Source: Microthyrium microscopicum
Lineage: Eukaryota
NCBI GenBank assembly: GCA_010405405.1
Contig: MU004232.1
Location: 2,127,481-2,191,480, forward strand
DNA: 64,000 nt
Direction: 5' to 3'
A model generated the notes under the pieces. The model searched no databases and was not told the DNA's origin. It saw nothing but the letters and a program-made list of their open reading frames with translations. The translations under genes were made by a program, and so were the position numbers. Below are positions 61,201-64,000 of the stretch, one piece after another. The first letter of the stretch is position 1. Every line of letters begins with the position of its first letter.

Positions 61201-64000
61201 GCATAAACCATCATACATTACAAATGATCAATGAGTATCGAGAGAGTATGCAAGGCCCTCGGTTAGCACCTTCTGACTGGCAACGATTGTACAACACCCT
61301 CAAGCTCATTCGGTTCAATGCTCAATATCCGTTAGGACAGCGCATAGATCACATACTGTCACTGTATTTTGTTGGTCAACCACTTGCCTGCCCAAATCTA
61401 GGGGTCAAATTTCGGACCGATCTCCCAGCAACCAAAGATATCTTAGAAGTCTACGAGAATCCGGCCTTCGCTAAATCTAGACGCCCGGGAAAATTCCACG
61501 TGGATTCAAGCCAAGACAACGAGATGGACGTTGATACACCTATAGTGCGTGAGAAAATGAACCAAAAATTGACTGCACACCGAAGGAAAGACTCCATAAT
61601 GAACAGCGAGGCTGAGGACGAAGGGTAAAGTTCTAATTCCGACTCTACTCTCACCCATTTCATGGTCCAGCATTGAACTTAGCATCTCGTGATGGATTTG
61701 CAGAACTTGGTGCCTGCTAGCATTTTGCAGCTACCACGAAGTCTAGTAGTTTTCGATTGCGAAAAGCTACCATGCTATCTTCACCACACGAGGGCTTCTA
61801 TACCATGAAGAATTCCTCCATAAGCTTCCAGTGTGCTAAATATCTTCAGGCCAGAATCGAAAGCAAACCTAGTGTCATCTCATCCAAGAGGTACGCTGAA
61901 AGTCATCAACCCGGATATTGGTTATGATGACTCCCCGACGACAAACAATGAAGTACCAGCACCGCCAAAAGTACGCAAATGCAAAAAGAAGGCCGCCGTC
62001 AGAGAGGCAGAGCATGACAGTCCAGTCCCTCCGAAGAAGTCGTAGAACGAGAGGGCAGCTGCCGATACTAACTCCGAGGACAGAAAGGCATACAATGACC
62101 CTTACAGGGCTTCATACTACTTTCATTCATTTCCAGTTCGGTTGCCAGCGTTTGTCGAGCCAGACAAAACGCTTCGAAACACACAAGTCGATATTGGAAG
62201 CAAGATTTTCGTGCTATTGCCTCAAGCAATTCCGCTTCAAGATGTGGAACCACAGCTTCGTGACTATCACCGTCTATTGGAAGATGTCATCATGCATGCG
62301 CCTGGAGAGCAGATAACCATTGCAGAGACAGGCGAAGAAATTTTCACGACCTGGAGACAATATGCTGAACAATGTATCAGCCTGCTGGTGGAGAGCCTTC
62401 AGTTCGAAAATGGTGTCAGAGCACCGCTTGGGTGTCGCGACTTGGTGGAACAAACTATAGCTATCTATGCTGCTGGATCTTTTACACGTTTTGTGGACTC
62501 CTTTGAGAAGAAGAAGCCTCCAATATCTTCGGCGCCCTCAACTCGGGACCCTCCCATACCACCCTCGACCGAGCCTGATGATTCGGTGACGATCGAACCT
62601 CAATCCTCAGCCTCTGGTAAGTTAACTTTTACATAACTAGATGCATCAATACCTTCTTTCAATGTAGCAATTTGGTGCCCTGATGGGGCTTGGCAATTGC
62701 TAAGGTATCTGATGGCTACTAAACTCTTACATAACCCAAAAGACCCCTTGTTGTGCCTTCTAACTAACTACCATCAGACGAGGACTCAACTCTAGCTGAA
62801 AAGGAGCAGTACAGCGTCGTCTCTGATCCAATGCAACCCAAGCCGGACCCAGCGTCTATCTCAAAGGCGGACCTACGTCCAAATACACAAGCATCAATGG
62901 CGGATTCTACTTCGGCTCAAAAACAGCAATCCGGTTCTTTCCTTAAGCTAACCCAACCAGCTCCACATCCACCACCTCCTTGTCAAAAGAGTCAAGAGAA
63001 GCAGCGGCATAGTCCATTCCTCGAGCTAACCCAGCCACTTTCATATCCACGACCTTATCGACCTCCTAAGCCTCCAAGTGAGCGAGCGCTGGGTGAAACA
63101 TCTAGTTCGGCGCCAAAGCAACAACATGATGCGGAAGGCCTCGATGAAGGAGCGATGAGCGCTGCCTTGTCGTCCTGCGATCAGTCTTCCGAGCCAACCG
63201 CATACCCAGCGTCTTCTTATCAATCGTACGAGCCTCCAAGTGAGCAAGCGTCGGGGGAGACCTCGTATTCGGTGCCAAAGCAGCAACACAATGACCAAGT
63301 GCTTGATAAAGGAGCGATAAGCGCTGCTACGTCATCTTGCGATCAGGATTCTCAGCCAATCACATACCTAGCGTCTTCTTGTCAAACTTACAACAATCCA
63401 AGTGAGCGGGCGTCGGAGGCGACATCAGCTTCGGCACCAAAGCAGCAACAAGATGGGCAAGGCGTTGATAAAGGAGCGATAAGCGCTACCCATACGTCCT
63501 ATGATCAGGCTGCCCAGACTCTAGACGAACGTGCTCTTCGGGACACGATACAGCAGAACCAGCGAGATATCTGTGAAGAGCTCGGTTTCATTTCGAATGA
63601 TCTACCCTTGTTGAACTTTCCTCTCCTCAAGCAACAGGCACAGACTAGTATTCAGCCAGCTTCAAACGTTCCCATTTCGCCAGATGAACCAAAAAATGTC
63701 CATAAGCACCCCAAGAAACGCGAAGCACAAGACCTTGATGTCCTTGGGGATGAAAGTAGAAGGGATCCAAAGCCTAAAAAACGACGGAACAAAGAGTTCA
63801 CACCAGTCGCACACGCCCTCAAACTCTTAGCAAATGATCACGAATGGAATCAGGCCAAGCGCGACATGAAGAAAATTCCATTGCTTCGCGATGACAAAAC
63901 TCTACTAAAGCCCTTGGAACAAGGACCTTCCCACCCTTCAGCTAATCGACTTACTCCAACAGAGTCCGCACTGAATCTAGAGCGCTTGCTCGGAGCGAAA
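58262..64000 (+). CDS. Large multi-exon orphan protein with internal repeats, truncated by the window end
   Basis: Phase-consistent introns 59653-59809, 60167-60217, 60402-60566, 61625-61849, about 61891-62136, and 62617-62777; last exon appears open to the window end and carries NLS-like PKKRRNK. Confidence 0.6.
58742..58852 (+). repeat. Coding 15-bp tandem repeat, about 7.5 copies, E(P/S)KP(T/I)
   Basis: gaaccaaagccaatt gagtcaaagcccact gaatcaaagcccact gagccaaagcctact ... Confidence 0.92.
63071..63520 (+). repeat. Coding 162-bp (54-aa) degenerate tandem repeat, about 2.8 copies
   Basis: Units start at 63071, 63233 and 63395 (CCAAGTGAGC...CCAAAGCA.CAAC...GAT.AAGGAGCGAT.AGCGCT...GATCAG). Confidence 0.9.

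Overview
Gene-dense, intron-containing nuclear DNA from a filamentous ascomycete (Pezizomycotina). Evidence: mostly short 45-66 nt introns with GT...CTAAC/CTGAC...AG signals, a Zn2Cys6 factor, and the alpha-aminoadipate-pathway gene LYS4. I can support about 29 protein genes and one intron-containing tRNA-Ser(AGA). Recognisable genes: S10 carboxypeptidase, PMU1-like histidine phosphatase, ULA1/NAE1, NECAP, Upc2-like Zn2Cys6 TF, GCN3 (eIF2B alpha), GILT-like thiol reductase, a thioredoxin-fold protein, two SDRs, PflX-type radical SAM, CHO2, LYS4, FDH, formin SepA/Bni1, an F-box protein, an HsbA-like protein, ESA1, a GH15 glucoamylase, and a large repeat-containing orphan running off the right end. 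I saw no transposon, CRISPR or rRNA. Most notable: (1) the putative mitochondrial presequence of formate dehydrogenase lies entirely within an in-frame 117-nt intron-like segment right after the ATG, suggesting a splice/retain switch between cytosolic and mitochondrial FDH; (2) a cysteine-free thioredoxin (WSAPS) sits head-to-head with a GILT-like reductase; (3) an orphan 7-TM GPCR-like protein; (4) a PflX radical-SAM protein with a presequence-like N-terminus. All exon models were built by eye; no database searches were run.
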